A DNA stretch of 63,611 nucleotides, the filler included, from Sanchytrium tribonematis (Eukaryota), in assembly GCA_018985235.1 (NCBI GenBank). It is 25 parts of 25 records of this genome, joined end to end, with 100 filler letters (N's around TTAATTAATTAA, not from the genome) between each part and the next. Parts side by side here need not be neighbours in the genome. Positions count along the whole stretch, not along the records: positions 9,681 to 27,866 come from JADGIG010000118.1; 24 more parts are not named here. The stretch is one strand, 5' to 3'. The notes under the pieces were generated by a model. It was given only the letters and a program-made list of their open reading frames with translations. It was not told the DNA's origin and ran no database searches. Position 1 is the stretch's first letter, and each line of letters opens with the position of its first letter. The translations under genes and the position numbers were made by a program. This document shows positions 12,701-23,273 of the stretch, piece after piece.

Positions 12701-13375
12701 AAATTATGCAAGGAGAAGAGGATTCCCATTCAGAGCAAAATGACTCTCAGAAAACCCAATGAAATTAATCAGATTGTGGGTGCTGATGTGATGTACACAG
12801 ATGATGAAGATTATCCATATGTTTTAATAGTGAAAGAATGTGTCACTGGATTCACTCATTTAGAGCCATTGACTAGCAAACAACCAGAGGAGACCTTACG
12901 TGGTCTACTTCATTATATTTCCAAAGTAGGGATACCAGAGCAAATTGTCTTGGACGGTGGAACCGAATTTCTTGGAGCATTTAAAGCCTTTTTGGATCAA
13001 GAGGGCATCAAATGCAATCCATGCACCAAGTCAATCCATCGTGAAAATGGGCTAGCAGAGAGAGGCATCCAATATGTACAATCCATGTATAGAATTATTA
13101 GACAGGAATACCGTGAGTTACCATTTACTACTCAAATGGCGTTGTGTAATCATTGGATCAATTATAATCCCAAGTCGTTTGGATATTCTTCACAGCAAAT
13201 GATGAATTTATTGTTTAAATCTGATATTAATACTAGTGATCTGAGACAGCAGATTATTGGTCGCATTAATGCAAAGAAGGTCAAGATTGAGAATAAGTTG
13301 AATAAGAGATTACGCAGTGTAGAACTGGAAGTGGGAGATTCAGTATTTTACTATAAGAAAGAAGGGTATCGCTAA
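9743..13375 (+). CDS. Gag-Pol polyprotein (gag, Zn knuckle, protease, RT, RNase H, PHD finger, integrase)
   Basis: CFKCSNWGHKSEQC, IDTGA, YIDDLL, YCDAS, a C4HC3 finger at 12398-12526, and HHCC plus DDE integrase motifs. A TAA at 13373 interrupts the integrase C-terminal domain, which continues in frame. Confidence 0.93.
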   Translation: MEMIQPTISDFSRSMSKYDPEKVSFKGWLSAFEKKLGLYDIEREKDKIRLLINGLPQKWELYAMQHGEDQDGRLSYEKIKEVLREKCLEEVSLEDFWDLKMERDESVDEFADRLKRMSEDLRIDEKTVIRQFRVSLKFGIRERMSAMTYSSLQEAVWSAKNVERDLNEKARYTKAFSDPSGKCNKCNGEHKGRCVRCFKCSNWGHKSEQCTTTNPDINNLEIEKINVEEYVPGFINDVAFKIMIDTGASITVINEKNFGKLKLDLESTDGTVSAGYSSIEILGTSALNVRLQNNLEFEQIFHVLEGEFPKIPIIGRDCLCGKLNAKLEVRLESVNLLETDQNREFLELLDGKLSHLSVEDKNEVIEIVCKYSVDNTKPINLPPVKFELKPNADLSALQQKPYKEQHQEEMQRIIEKGIKNGHFKHGISSVSSPAFLVKKPNNKGWRLVIDYRLLNTQLLKTGQPLPIIIDLLNSVHGSEVFSVFDLEDGFHQLGVDEATGKLLSFVTSDGMQYEFNRLGQGASPSPGIFQYNLLTILKQLKNMGLYIDDLLLHDRDMTAHKAQLRDLIGICNEYNLRINWNKAQLCKSSVVYLGFELDKHGFRPKGEYLNELHTLASPRNKKEVQRLIGMVNWIKQFVKGYEILIQPIRRLLKVDKFKWTTDAEEAFRSIITQAEKTDLKYFSSGDFDLYCDASKSGIGGSLYQNDKLVALFSKCLSDTESSWNSFEKEMMAVQYGLNKYGRFIGNQLVRVHTDNEAVGYYIQGYGNKTSPKVRRWIETILDYNVEYVKISGKDNTQADILSRMPHQSTPSINVVDLDVEDGWINNLEMVCAVETRSKRKLQELHDSDDVPNHEQSKKPRIEYSAALPVSVVEEPVREEFNDELRCVCNSKLEVDTLIQCDICDHYVHNTCYGLPENMEGMPFECEICDQHQAENQGEQPSNNQEFNDLLKYYHRTHPGINAMQILMKSIDYPNKFQLIAQYVNRCKLCKEKRIPIQSKMTLRKPNEINQIVGADVMYTDDEDYPYVLIVKECVTGFTHLEPLTSKQPEETLRGLLHYISKVGIPEQIVLDGGTEFLGAFKAFLDQEGIKCNPCTKSIHRENGLAERGIQYVQSMYRIIRQEYRELPFTTQMALCNHWINYNPKSFGYSSQQMMNLLFKSDINTSDLRQQIIGRINAKKVKIENKLNKRLRSVELEVGDSVFYYKKEGYR

Positions 13376-13525
13376 TTGGGACAAATCTCCCATTTGGCAA
13401 AAGTGTTGGAAATTACTAGAGATAAACAATATCTTATTGAATTGCAAGAAGATGAGCATGAAGTCTTGGCACACCCATCACAACTAATTAAGATTGAAAA
13501 TGAAGAATGGGAATTGGGGGAGGAT

Positions 13526-13730
13526 TGTATAATGAATTCAAGTGAGTTAATCCCCATCCATTCATCTTTGAGTGACGTGAATGCGCATCAGACCACTCGT
13601 GATGCTCAAGGATACGTGCAACCGTCGTATGGACCCAATCAAGATGGATCAGATGATATTTAAGAAATGAATAAGAAGAGAGAGTGACTTTAATAAACAT
13701 TCGTTATTATAAAATGGAGATGATTCAACC
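13526..13730 (+). repeat. 3' LTR (approximate)
   Basis: Starts TGTATAAT directly after the PPT. The last 79 bp are identical to 9681-9759 and contain AATAAA. Confidence 0.75.
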
Positions 13731-13736
13731 CAATAC

Positions 13737-14376
13737 ATGAAATCAAATGGAATCGATGGTAGTGAATTTAATATTCAAGAACCAGTCAAACCCGCATCTG
13801 CAATTGAAAGAGCCAAATCAATTTCTAGTTTATTGAAATCCGGATCTAGTAGCACCAAAAATTCAAATGATGGCCAAGCATCTTCAAAATTGCAAATCTT
13901 TTTCAATTCTGACAAACCAACAAAAATACAAACCCTCAATGTAATCAATGAAAGCTGCCAAAGGTAACCCAATTAAAATTAAACACATCAACGATGTGTA
14001 TGCAACAGTGTTATCCAAAGCCAATAAAGTGGCTGAAAGTGACCCGGAATTCTCAGATGCATTAAGTAAAGCTTTGACTGAAAATGCAAAATTAGACATA
14101 CGTCAGTTTCTGAAAGGATTAATTCATGGCAACCAAGCCAAAGGCATGAAAGACATGAGTAAGTCAATCCAGGAACTTGAAGCATCAATGCCAAGCAAAT
14201 TTGATCCTGCAAAATATAAAAGATTAAAACAGAATTACTTGGATGCTACAAAATCAGCCGAAATCCCTAATGCCCGAAATTCATTATCAGAATTCATCAA
14301 AAAAAGTAAAGCGTCAACTGTTCCATTAACATCTAGAGTAACGGAAGCACCAGCACGAGCACCGCGAGTATTTTAA
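13737..14376 (+). CDS. Hypothetical protein, apparently one gene split by an extra A near 13952; may be 5'-truncated by the retroelement
   Basis: Two overlapping ORFs join at AAT GAA (A) GCT GCC. The ORF starts 6 bp after the LTR. Confidence 0.5.
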
Positions 14377-14399
14377 ACACAATAAATTTAAGAATTACT

Positions 14400-15573
<1,174 letters not shown>

Positions 15574-15943
15574 TCAAAAATTAATCGACGTGATTTGAGA
15601 ATCATTTTGCATCAAATTCTGATATCCAATAGACTTTGGCAAACGTCCTTGGTAGTCTTTGGATTTGTCTTGCGCCAATCACAGACTATAAAATCAAATT
15701 AAAAATAGATGACGGATTTCTGTCACAAATGCGTCAAAAAACAACAATCAGATTTAAAAAGATGATGAGAACTAGAGCCAAACACGTCTTACTCAATCAT
15801 ATGAGTAGACTTAGTGAACGCGATGCCAGGGTCATTTTAATGTGTACCCAATTCTTGAGAAAGAAGGATTACATTCAATGTTTGCAAAAAATAGAACAAT
15901 AGCAAGAGATTAATTACTTAATAAACCAATTTATTCAATACGG

Positions 15944-16672
15944 TTAATGTTTTTTGGCAGTAAACACCAGTCTAGTCATTTCTTGATCCCCACTTCCCAA
16001 TATTTCTTCCATTACTTCAATCTGCTTAAATCCAATTGATTCCAATAATCTACTCAATGTTACTCTATTATGTAGAAATCGATTCATTTCTGGTCTATTT
16101 AATCCAATTGTAGGTGTTTTAATCCATTCTACACCAATTTCACTCGTTGTTCCCACACAACAACCAAATAATACTCCATTGGTCAATAATGAATTCAATA
16201 CATTTAATAAAAAGCATTCTACTTGTTCCTTACTCAAACAATGTAAAATCATTTGGCATGAAATCACATTAAATTGCATTAATTGTGATCTAGGGACTGC
16301 AAAATCCATAAATTGGGTATTGATATCCAACTCATCTTTAAATAATATAGATTGTCCAATTTGGTAATACGCATCGTGTAAATCAGACACAAATAATTGA
16401 TTTTTAGGGATACCGTCCATCAATAGTTGTCTGGCATCTGTTCCAAAGCAGCATCCTAGTTCTAATACGGTTAATGAGTGTAAATGATTGATTAATGATG
16501 GATAATATGGATGTTGGTTGACTCTGGGAGTGGCAAACATTGCTTTTTCAATGCATCTATAGACATGATGGGATTCTTTGACTTTGTTAATGGTATTTTG
16601 AATGCGTTGCAATGCTTCTTCATGGGTGATGTTGCAGTATTTCTCAAGAAATAGCGTGTTTGGAGTTTCCAT
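15944..16672 (-). CDS. Class I SAM-dependent methyltransferase
   Basis: YRCI, VLELGCCFGTDARQL and ILHCL motifs. Confidence 0.85.
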   Translation of the reverse strand: METPNTLFLEKYCNITHEEALQRIQNTINKVKESHHVYRCIEKAMFATPRVNQHPYYPSLINHLHSLTVLELGCCFGTDARQLLMDGIPKNQLFVSDLHDAYYQIGQSILFKDELDINTQFMDFAVPRSQLMQFNVISCQMILHCLSKEQVECFLLNVLNSLLTNGVLFGCCVGTTSEIGVEWIKTPTIGLNRPEMNRFLHNRVTLSRLLESIGFKQIEVMEEILGSGDQEMTRLVFTAKKH

Positions 16673-16885
16673 ATGTTGCAAAAATTAATAAAAGACATGT
16701 GGCATCATAAAATAGATTGTTAATGATGCTTCAAGTTTACTGGAATCCATCTTGAACCCATCATCCCCGTCATCACTTGTGTCACTCTAGAACAGTCACA
16801 AATCTATTTGATCCAATCAAAATCGCAAATTCAAATCATGTGCCATCTCGAATCCATCAAAGGGACAAACAATATTTTATTTGAA

Positions 16886-18199
16886 ATGTTCTTCACACTA
16901 CTAACTCTAATTTATTCTAAACAGCTTAGTCTGTTCATAGATGGCACATGGGCTAATTTACAATCCAATACATCCATTGGCAAATTATTTCATGCACATC
17001 CGGGTATCTACTCCAATTATACCAATTCACAAAATATCACGACATATATTAAAATGCATCAGCACCAAATCGCATTTTATTTGACTGGATTAGGCCATGA
17101 AACAGATATTACCATGAAATACGTCCAGGGATTATCCGGATATGGATTAGAAAACTATATTTTAGTATTATATGAATTTCTAGTAGATTATCTACTCCCA
17201 AATGACCAATTTTATATATTTGGATTCTCCAGAGGTGCAGAAACAGCCAGAATATTATCCAAATATTTATTTGATTATGGCATTCATCCCAATAACATCA
17301 ATTTAATCACAACCACTTTATTACATCCTTATTATCCATCAGAAAAGGGATGGATTCCACAAATTAAAGCTATGGGATTATTTGATTCTGTGCGTGCGAT
17401 TTCTACCGCGCAGGGTGTCTTTAATTTAATTAAATCCCAAATTGCATTGGATAAACGTGATTTACAAGATGTTCAAGATGTCCAAGACACCATCCAAAAT
17501 GCCCAACAAACTGTTCAACAGACTGTTCAAGAGAATATTCAATCTGTTCAAGACAATGTTTCAAATAATATCAAAGAAGCCAAAGAGAATATTCTGCAAA
17601 AAGGACTCCATATTTGGCATAAAATATCCCACATGTTCAAATCTAATACACTCATCAAGTATTCTGATGAATTACAACCCAATGTACTCAAATGTATCCA
17701 TTTGGTGGCCATTAATGAATATCGATCTTTATTTAATTATTCGTCCATAGACACCAAACATCCCAATTACACTCTAAGATATTTCGTAGGTAGTCATGGT
17801 GATTTGGGTGGCTATTACAACAACAATAGATCCTTGATCGCATTAAATTACTTGGTTTCTCAAATTGATTATTTAAAATCATTTGATTTATCCCCATTTT
17901 ACCCAAATGGACTCCAATTACATTCATATGACTATCCCATATATGATTCATATTCAGAACCCTTGAAAGGATATAAAAATATGGATGCAAAAGCACAATT
18001 TTTACTGCCTTTATTTGAAAGGAATTTTGTGAATTATACGCAAAATGTAGATGAGTCTGTTAAAGAATTTGCAATGCATTATAATATTACCTTGTTGGAT
18101 GTGATGAATCGAAGTGTGATTATGCCATTATTGCGTGTTGCAGATGATTATTTGAGTGGAAATACGAGTGTGGTGAATGTGACACTAGAAATTGAATAA
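16886..18199 (+). CDS. Secreted DUF2235 / Tle1-like alpha/beta hydrolase
   Basis: Signal-like MFFTLLTLIYS, plus FIDGT, IFGFSRGA, GLFDSV, HLVAINEYR and FVGSHGDLGG motifs. Confidence 0.87.
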   Translation: MFFTLLTLIYSKQLSLFIDGTWANLQSNTSIGKLFHAHPGIYSNYTNSQNITTYIKMHQHQIAFYLTGLGHETDITMKYVQGLSGYGLENYILVLYEFLVDYLLPNDQFYIFGFSRGAETARILSKYLFDYGIHPNNINLITTTLLHPYYPSEKGWIPQIKAMGLFDSVRAISTAQGVFNLIKSQIALDKRDLQDVQDVQDTIQNAQQTVQQTVQENIQSVQDNVSNNIKEAKENILQKGLHIWHKISHMFKSNTLIKYSDELQPNVLKCIHLVAINEYRSLFNYSSIDTKHPNYTLRYFVGSHGDLGGYYNNNRSLIALNYLVSQIDYLKSFDLSPFYPNGLQLHSYDYPIYDSYSEPLKGYKNMDAKAQFLLPLFERNFVNYTQNVDESVKEFAMHYNITLLDVMNRSVIMPLLRVADDYLSGNTSVVNVTLEIE

Positions 18200-18207
18200 A
18201 TTGGATT

Positions 18208-19428
18208 TTATTTGACTGGCCTGCGAGGTTTGTATCCTGCTTTTGATGGTGGAGAGTCGGGAGCAAAATTACCACCGTAGTCAATATTTGTAGGGGGATT
18301 ATATGAAGGATGAAGTCTGTTTTCCAAATCACTAGAGTGATCTGTGGATTCCGAATCACTAGAGTAATATGAAAATTCCGAATCACTGGGTTTTCCCCAT
18401 TGTTTTATCTGTTTACGTGTTTTTTTTAATGCCTGCTCCATATCTCCTTGGGGTTTGGAAAATTGATCTTGGCTTCTTTTTTTACCAACATTTGGGACGT
18501 GAATATCTAACGTACCCGTTTGAGCATGAGATTCACCAATTTGGTGAGGTCGTGATGGAAATGCACTTGTTGTAATAATTGGATGATCTGTCCCAGATTG
18601 TTTCACCACTGCAGTTGATAAATCTATAACTTTTCCTTTTGCGCCAATGGCAATAATGGCATCAATTACATGACTTTTACCACCATTCCATCTGATTGGT
18701 GTATATGCCTTGGTTAAATATTTTAGAGGTAATAATTTTGATGTTTCACTGTGGTGGAATAAATGATTTTGTTGCTGTTGTTGAATATTAAAATCACCTG
18801 CAATAATAACATCCGTTTGTAAACTACCAGCTACTTGTAAAACACGTTTTAAATTCAATTCATTGTAATGATTTCTTTGGCCATAGGTTGGTTTTTTAAA
18901 ATGAACACTCATAATAGTTGTAAGTTGGCCATTTAAAATCACAGGACATGCTACGACCCTTCTAAAATTTGGATCTACTGGATTTAATGGAATTAAATAA
19001 GGCTCTGTGGCACTTATTTGTTTACTGGTGACAAGTTGTGAAGGTGGATTTGAATTTGGAATGGAGACTTTATCAGTATTGACCAATATGCCATTGACAA
19101 TATTAGAACCACTATTGCCTTGTACGACATAATGCCAATTAGAACCAGTTTTATATTTTAAATAGTCTGAAATGCCATTCATGACATTTTCAGCTTGTTG
19201 TGGTAATATGTTTACTATTTCTTGTACTGCTAGAATATCTGGTATATCTTGTGCATTAATTCCTTTAAATTTGCTTGCGACCTTTATGGGATCATCCAAA
19301 TTTTGCAGATTCAATGTGCCAATCGTTTGATAATTTGGAGGGTTAGATTGTAAATTTGAAGGAATAGAATCTTGAATCACGTTCAAGTTTCTTGAACTTT
19401 GAGCATATAACAACCAAAATAGAATCAT
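18208..19428 (-). CDS. Secreted EEP (DNase I-fold) protein 1
   Basis: MILFWLLYA leader; GTLNLQN, LAVQE, SVHF, AGDFN, IDAI and TDHP motifs; basic low-complexity tail. Confidence 0.87.
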   Translation of the reverse strand: MILFWLLYAQSSRNLNVIQDSIPSNLQSNPPNYQTIGTLNLQNLDDPIKVASKFKGINAQDIPDILAVQEIVNILPQQAENVMNGISDYLKYKTGSNWHYVVQGNSGSNIVNGILVNTDKVSIPNSNPPSQLVTSKQISATEPYLIPLNPVDPNFRRVVACPVILNGQLTTIMSVHFKKPTYGQRNHYNELNLKRVLQVAGSLQTDVIIAGDFNIQQQQQNHLFHHSETSKLLPLKYLTKAYTPIRWNGGKSHVIDAIIAIGAKGKVIDLSTAVVKQSGTDHPIITTSAFPSRPHQIGESHAQTGTLDIHVPNVGKKRSQDQFSKPQGDMEQALKKTRKQIKQWGKPSDSEFSYYSSDSESTDHSSDLENRLHPSYNPPTNIDYGGNFAPDSPPSKAGYKPRRPVK

Positions 19429-19699
19429 GGATCACTTGGGAAAGATGTCTTTTTTAATTTTAAAAGTTCCACTCACAGAGTCTGAAATATCTGAAATGGT
19501 AAATTGATTGGACGACACAATTGAAGCGAGAATGTCAATTTAAAAGAAATAGTTTGATTTATTTGATATATCTTGGTTTTTGAAATCTTGTCGATATTCA
19601 GAATTCAAAGAATTATATTCGAGAATAAAATTATCTTATTTAGAACAAGAATTAGAATATCACACCTCTTATGTTATCACTTGAATCACCAATTGGCTG

Positions 19700-20060
19700 G
19701 GCTTTGACTTGTTGCGCTAGGTCCCTCATGCCATTCACCAACAATTGGAATTTTATGCTTGTTCACTAATATGCCATAAACGTGTATAGATTTAGTGCCA
19801 TCTTCTACAAAATAGACCCATTTCTGTCGAGTCCAACAAGTAAAAAGTCTATATATCCATCCATCAAAGTTTTAATATTTGGTCCATTGATAATCTCCTG
19901 AATTGACAATATTTCAAGGCAACTCCTCAGCTTTCATGTTCAAAAACTTGTGATTAAGTTCATTTACAAATTGAAAGTTCTAATATTCACTAATAATAGA
20001 ATCTTGCTTCTCAAGAGGTGCTAATTTTGCTGCATACAGCACAAAAATCAATAGAATTGC
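19700..20060 (-). pseudogene. Degraded fifth copy of the secreted EEP family
   Basis: Fragments in different frames (ILLIFVLYAA, ILSIQEIINGP, KWVYFVEDG..VYGILVNKHKIP) match the neighbouring EEP genes; stops and frameshifts present. Confidence 0.75.
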
Positions 20061-20118
20061 AAATGTCTGAGCTGTCAAATTTTGAATCAAGAAAAATAAA
20101 TAAAATTAATTTATTATA

Positions 20119-21174
20119 TCATGTCGCTCTAGTCAAATAAGAAGTCCTTGGCTGCTTGACTTGATACTTTTTAGATGGTTGATAATAATGAGTGAGACTT
20201 TCTGGCTTTCTCTTCGATCCAGTGACTTTATTGTTTTCGTTATATGCTTCATTCCCTGGGTCCATAAAGACTCGATTCCATTGACTCCTTGAATACCATG
20301 GATTCCCTGGGTTCACTTGAATAGTAGCACGAGGTATATATGCTGTTGCAGTCAGTAATGGATGATCGCCACCAGATTGTTTCAAATTAGCAGATGTAAC
20401 TTCCATCATATACCAATGTGCTCCAATTGTAATAATTGCATCAATTGTGGCCATTCTATCTTTCCAATAAGTAGGTGTATCTGATTTTTTAAATTGCTTA
20501 TGTTGCAATAAATGGTTTGTTTCACGATTTTGTAACAAAAGATCAAGACGCTGTGGAAGAATATTCAAATCACCAGCTAGTATTACATTTGAATGCAAGT
20601 GACCAATGACTTGAAGAACCATTTTTAAATTCAATTCGTTTGTAGTATCGCCATTTAGGGATCTTTTGAAATGCGCACTTAAAAATGTAATTTGGTGATT
20701 ATCTAATAAAAGTGGATACGCAATCACACTTCTTACAGTCGGATTATTGAAACTAAGTGGTATTAAATATGGTTCTGTTAAACTTGGAACTTGACTAGTC
20801 ACCATTTTGGATTCTCTTATAGAAACTGGCACTCGTTTTGTATTTATCAAGATTCCACTCACAATCTGTGGCAATGGATTTCCTTCTACAACATAAATCC
20901 ATTTATCTTGAGTTTGTTCATTTAAATAGTCAACGAGGCCATTCATGACATTTTGAACTTGTAGAGGAGATTCATTTATAATTTCTTGAATTGCCAATAA
21001 TCTGGGTAAATCTATTGATTGAATGCCATTGAATCTATTAGAAATATCGGATGGATATTTCAGATTGTGTAGATTAAGGGTACCTACTTGGACAAATCCA
21101 CTTTCTATTTCATCACTCTCTCCTTGTAATTCTGGTAGATTTTGTGATGCGTGAAGTAGCCAAAGTAGTATCAT
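20119..21174 (-). CDS. Secreted EEP protein 2
   Basis: MILLWLLHA leader; GTLNLHN, LAIQE, SAHF, AGDLN, IDAI and GDHP motifs. Confidence 0.87.
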   Translation of the reverse strand: MILLWLLHASQNLPELQGESDEIESGFVQVGTLNLHNLKYPSDISNRFNGIQSIDLPRLLAIQEIINESPLQVQNVMNGLVDYLNEQTQDKWIYVVEGNPLPQIVSGILINTKRVPVSIRESKMVTSQVPSLTEPYLIPLSFNNPTVRSVIAYPLLLDNHQITFLSAHFKRSLNGDTTNELNLKMVLQVIGHLHSNVILAGDLNILPQRLDLLLQNRETNHLLQHKQFKKSDTPTYWKDRMATIDAIITIGAHWYMMEVTSANLKQSGGDHPLLTATAYIPRATIQVNPGNPWYSRSQWNRVFMDPGNEAYNENNKVTGSKRKPESLTHYYQPSKKYQVKQPRTSYLTRAT

Positions 21175-21386
21175 TAGACGATCTTGCTGGGATTCCTTTT
21201 TGAATATCTGGGATTCCATTCACAGAGCCTGAAATATCTGAAATGTCTGAAATGTCTGACATAGCAAATTGGCTAACCAACACTATTCACACTGTTTTGT
21301 AGACTTGAGGATGATTTATTTGTGAGACTGGATCTTGGAATTCAAACAAAGCAAAGAAATTGTAAAAATTTTGAAATTTATTTATA

Positions 21387-22319
21387 TTATCCCGGTGCCA
21401 ACGTAACTCTAGGCACTCCAGCTTTATTTCCAGTTGAATAGTTTGGTCTATTTGCAGTTGTTGTACTGGCTGTGGGAGATCCTATGAAAGTAGTAAGAAA
21501 TGGATGATCAGATCCACTTAAATGTATTTGGGCCTCAGATGTGTCCAAAAAGTACTTCAAACCATCACTGGTTGCACCTAATGTAAGAATTCTGTCTATA
21601 ACATTCGCCTTTTCATTTCCTCTAAAATATGTTTCAGGGCTTTGTGCCTCTCTGATATGTCCTTTTGATATTTTCATTTTTGCCATCAATTCTTTGAAAA
21701 GAACAGGATGTATGTTTGTATCACCTGCCAAAATAACATGACGATTTAATTTTTCAGCTTGTTCCAAAGTATCTTTAAAATTTTGAATATTTAATATATT
21801 TTTTGGATCTCTTTTAAAATGAAAACTGGCAATTAAGTATTGATGACCATTCAATTCAATCGGTAATGCGACTACACTTCTGACTGTTGGATTGGTGCGA
21901 CTTAGTGGCATTAAAAAGGGAAGACGTGGATCAAACAAAGATGGCTGTTTTCTTGTTATAAATGTTGATTTTAATTTGAAAGATGGGATCTTTTTTCTGT
22001 TAACTAATACGCCATTGACGACGGGTGGACTCTGTTTTCCATTTGATCCCTCGAAAAAATAAACCCAATCGCCATCTGTCCTAAAATTAAGATATTTTGT
22101 AAGAGAATCTGCTACGCTTTTAGATTGTGGTCCAGTCACAAATTCTTGCACTGCAATCACATGAGAATTCAAATCTTTTACTTCCCCCAAACGGCTAGAA
22201 ATTGCTCCTGTATTTGCCAAGTTTTGTAAATTGAGCGTACCAACGGATAATGCTCCTGATAACAAGGTTTTAGCAAGAGGAACCACATTCAAAGCATGTA
22301 TTAAGAATATCAAGATCAT
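21387..22319 (-). CDS. Secreted EEP protein 3
   Basis: MILIFLIHA leader; GTLNLQN, IAVQE, SFHF, AGDTN, IDRI and SDHP motifs. Confidence 0.87.
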   Translation of the reverse strand: MILIFLIHALNVVPLAKTLLSGALSVGTLNLQNLANTGAISSRLGEVKDLNSHVIAVQEFVTGPQSKSVADSLTKYLNFRTDGDWVYFFEGSNGKQSPPVVNGVLVNRKKIPSFKLKSTFITRKQPSLFDPRLPFLMPLSRTNPTVRSVVALPIELNGHQYLIASFHFKRDPKNILNIQNFKDTLEQAEKLNRHVILAGDTNIHPVLFKELMAKMKISKGHIREAQSPETYFRGNEKANVIDRILTLGATSDGLKYFLDTSEAQIHLSGSDHPFLTTFIGSPTASTTTANRPNYSTGNKAGVPRVTLAPG

Positions 22320-22463
22320 TTGCGACATTGCATTGAATTTCTTTTCAATCCCAAATTTGTCTGAAATGGCTGAGATTGCCTGAAATTGTCTGAATTGAAA
22401 AGTGATTTTAAAACACCTTGAAATAATTTTAAAGAGCAACCAGATATATTATAATAATTTTAT

Positions 22464-23222
22464 TCACAAATATCCACTCTTAATGGGACTTTCGAAATTA
22501 ATTGATTCTAAACTTTTCTGATAAATCTCATGCGTGTCCTTCAATCCAGCATAAAAACTAATAGCAGCATGTAATCTTAAGAAGAATGGAATCGCATAAA
22601 ATAAATTACTAAAATCTGTCAATTGAAAAAATGATAAAAATGACATGACACAATCTACACAAATTAATGCACAAAATATCATTGGTACCAATGCCATATG
22701 AATCAAAATATCACCAATCATCAGTTTCTTTATATTTTTCATCAATAAAGTGAATAAAAATGACTCTAAAATCAAATAATATAAAAATTCAATCCCCGTG
22801 TAAATATTGTAATAAAATCCATTTAATCCATCATCTACCCCATAAACTTGTAATATATATACAATCACATCACCCAATAGTACTAAACACGTCAAAATTG
22901 CCATAATTTTCATGACAAGTGATATTTTGTGTCCCATATAAAATTGATCTAGTCGTTTAAAATATAACCAGAAACTAATTAAAACGGCTTGTGGATATAA
23001 AGATGCATCTATAAATACAATTGTCGTTGTAATATCTGGATTCCAATAGTTTTCTGTCATGCTTAAACACGAAGAAATCATTAAACAAGTCAATGCCCAA
23101 CTAATTAGTAAAGGGACCTTGTTGATGTTGTTAAATAGTCGATAAATGGTTAATATACCTGTAATATACAATCCAAGACTCAGACCAAGTATGGTGTAAG
23201 AAGTCGATTCATAAAAATCCAT
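22464..23222 (-). CDS. Probable seven-transmembrane protein
   Basis: Seven hydrophobic segments of about 20 aa in a 252-aa protein. Confidence 0.7.
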   Translation of the reverse strand: MDFYESTSYTILGLSLGLYITGILTIYRLFNNINKVPLLISWALTCLMISSCLSMTENYWNPDITTTIVFIDASLYPQAVLISFWLYFKRLDQFYMGHKISLVMKIMAILTCLVLLGDVIVYILQVYGVDDGLNGFYYNIYTGIEFLYYLILESFLFTLLMKNIKKLMIGDILIHMALVPMIFCALICVDCVMSFLSFFQLTDFSNLFYAIPFFLRLHAAISFYAGLKDTHEIYQKSLESINFESPIKSGYL

Positions 23223-23273
23223 CTTTTAAAACAAGCCACGATCCATATTTTACAAATCACAATGGATCTGAAT

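Larger units (their letters stand above)
9681..13730 (+). mobile_element. Ty3/gypsy LTR retrotransposon (5' LTR cut by contig start)
   Basis: Single gag-pol ORF, a PPT (GGGGGAGGA, 13516-13524), and a 79-bp identical direct repeat at 9681-9759 and 13652-13730. Confidence 0.93.
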
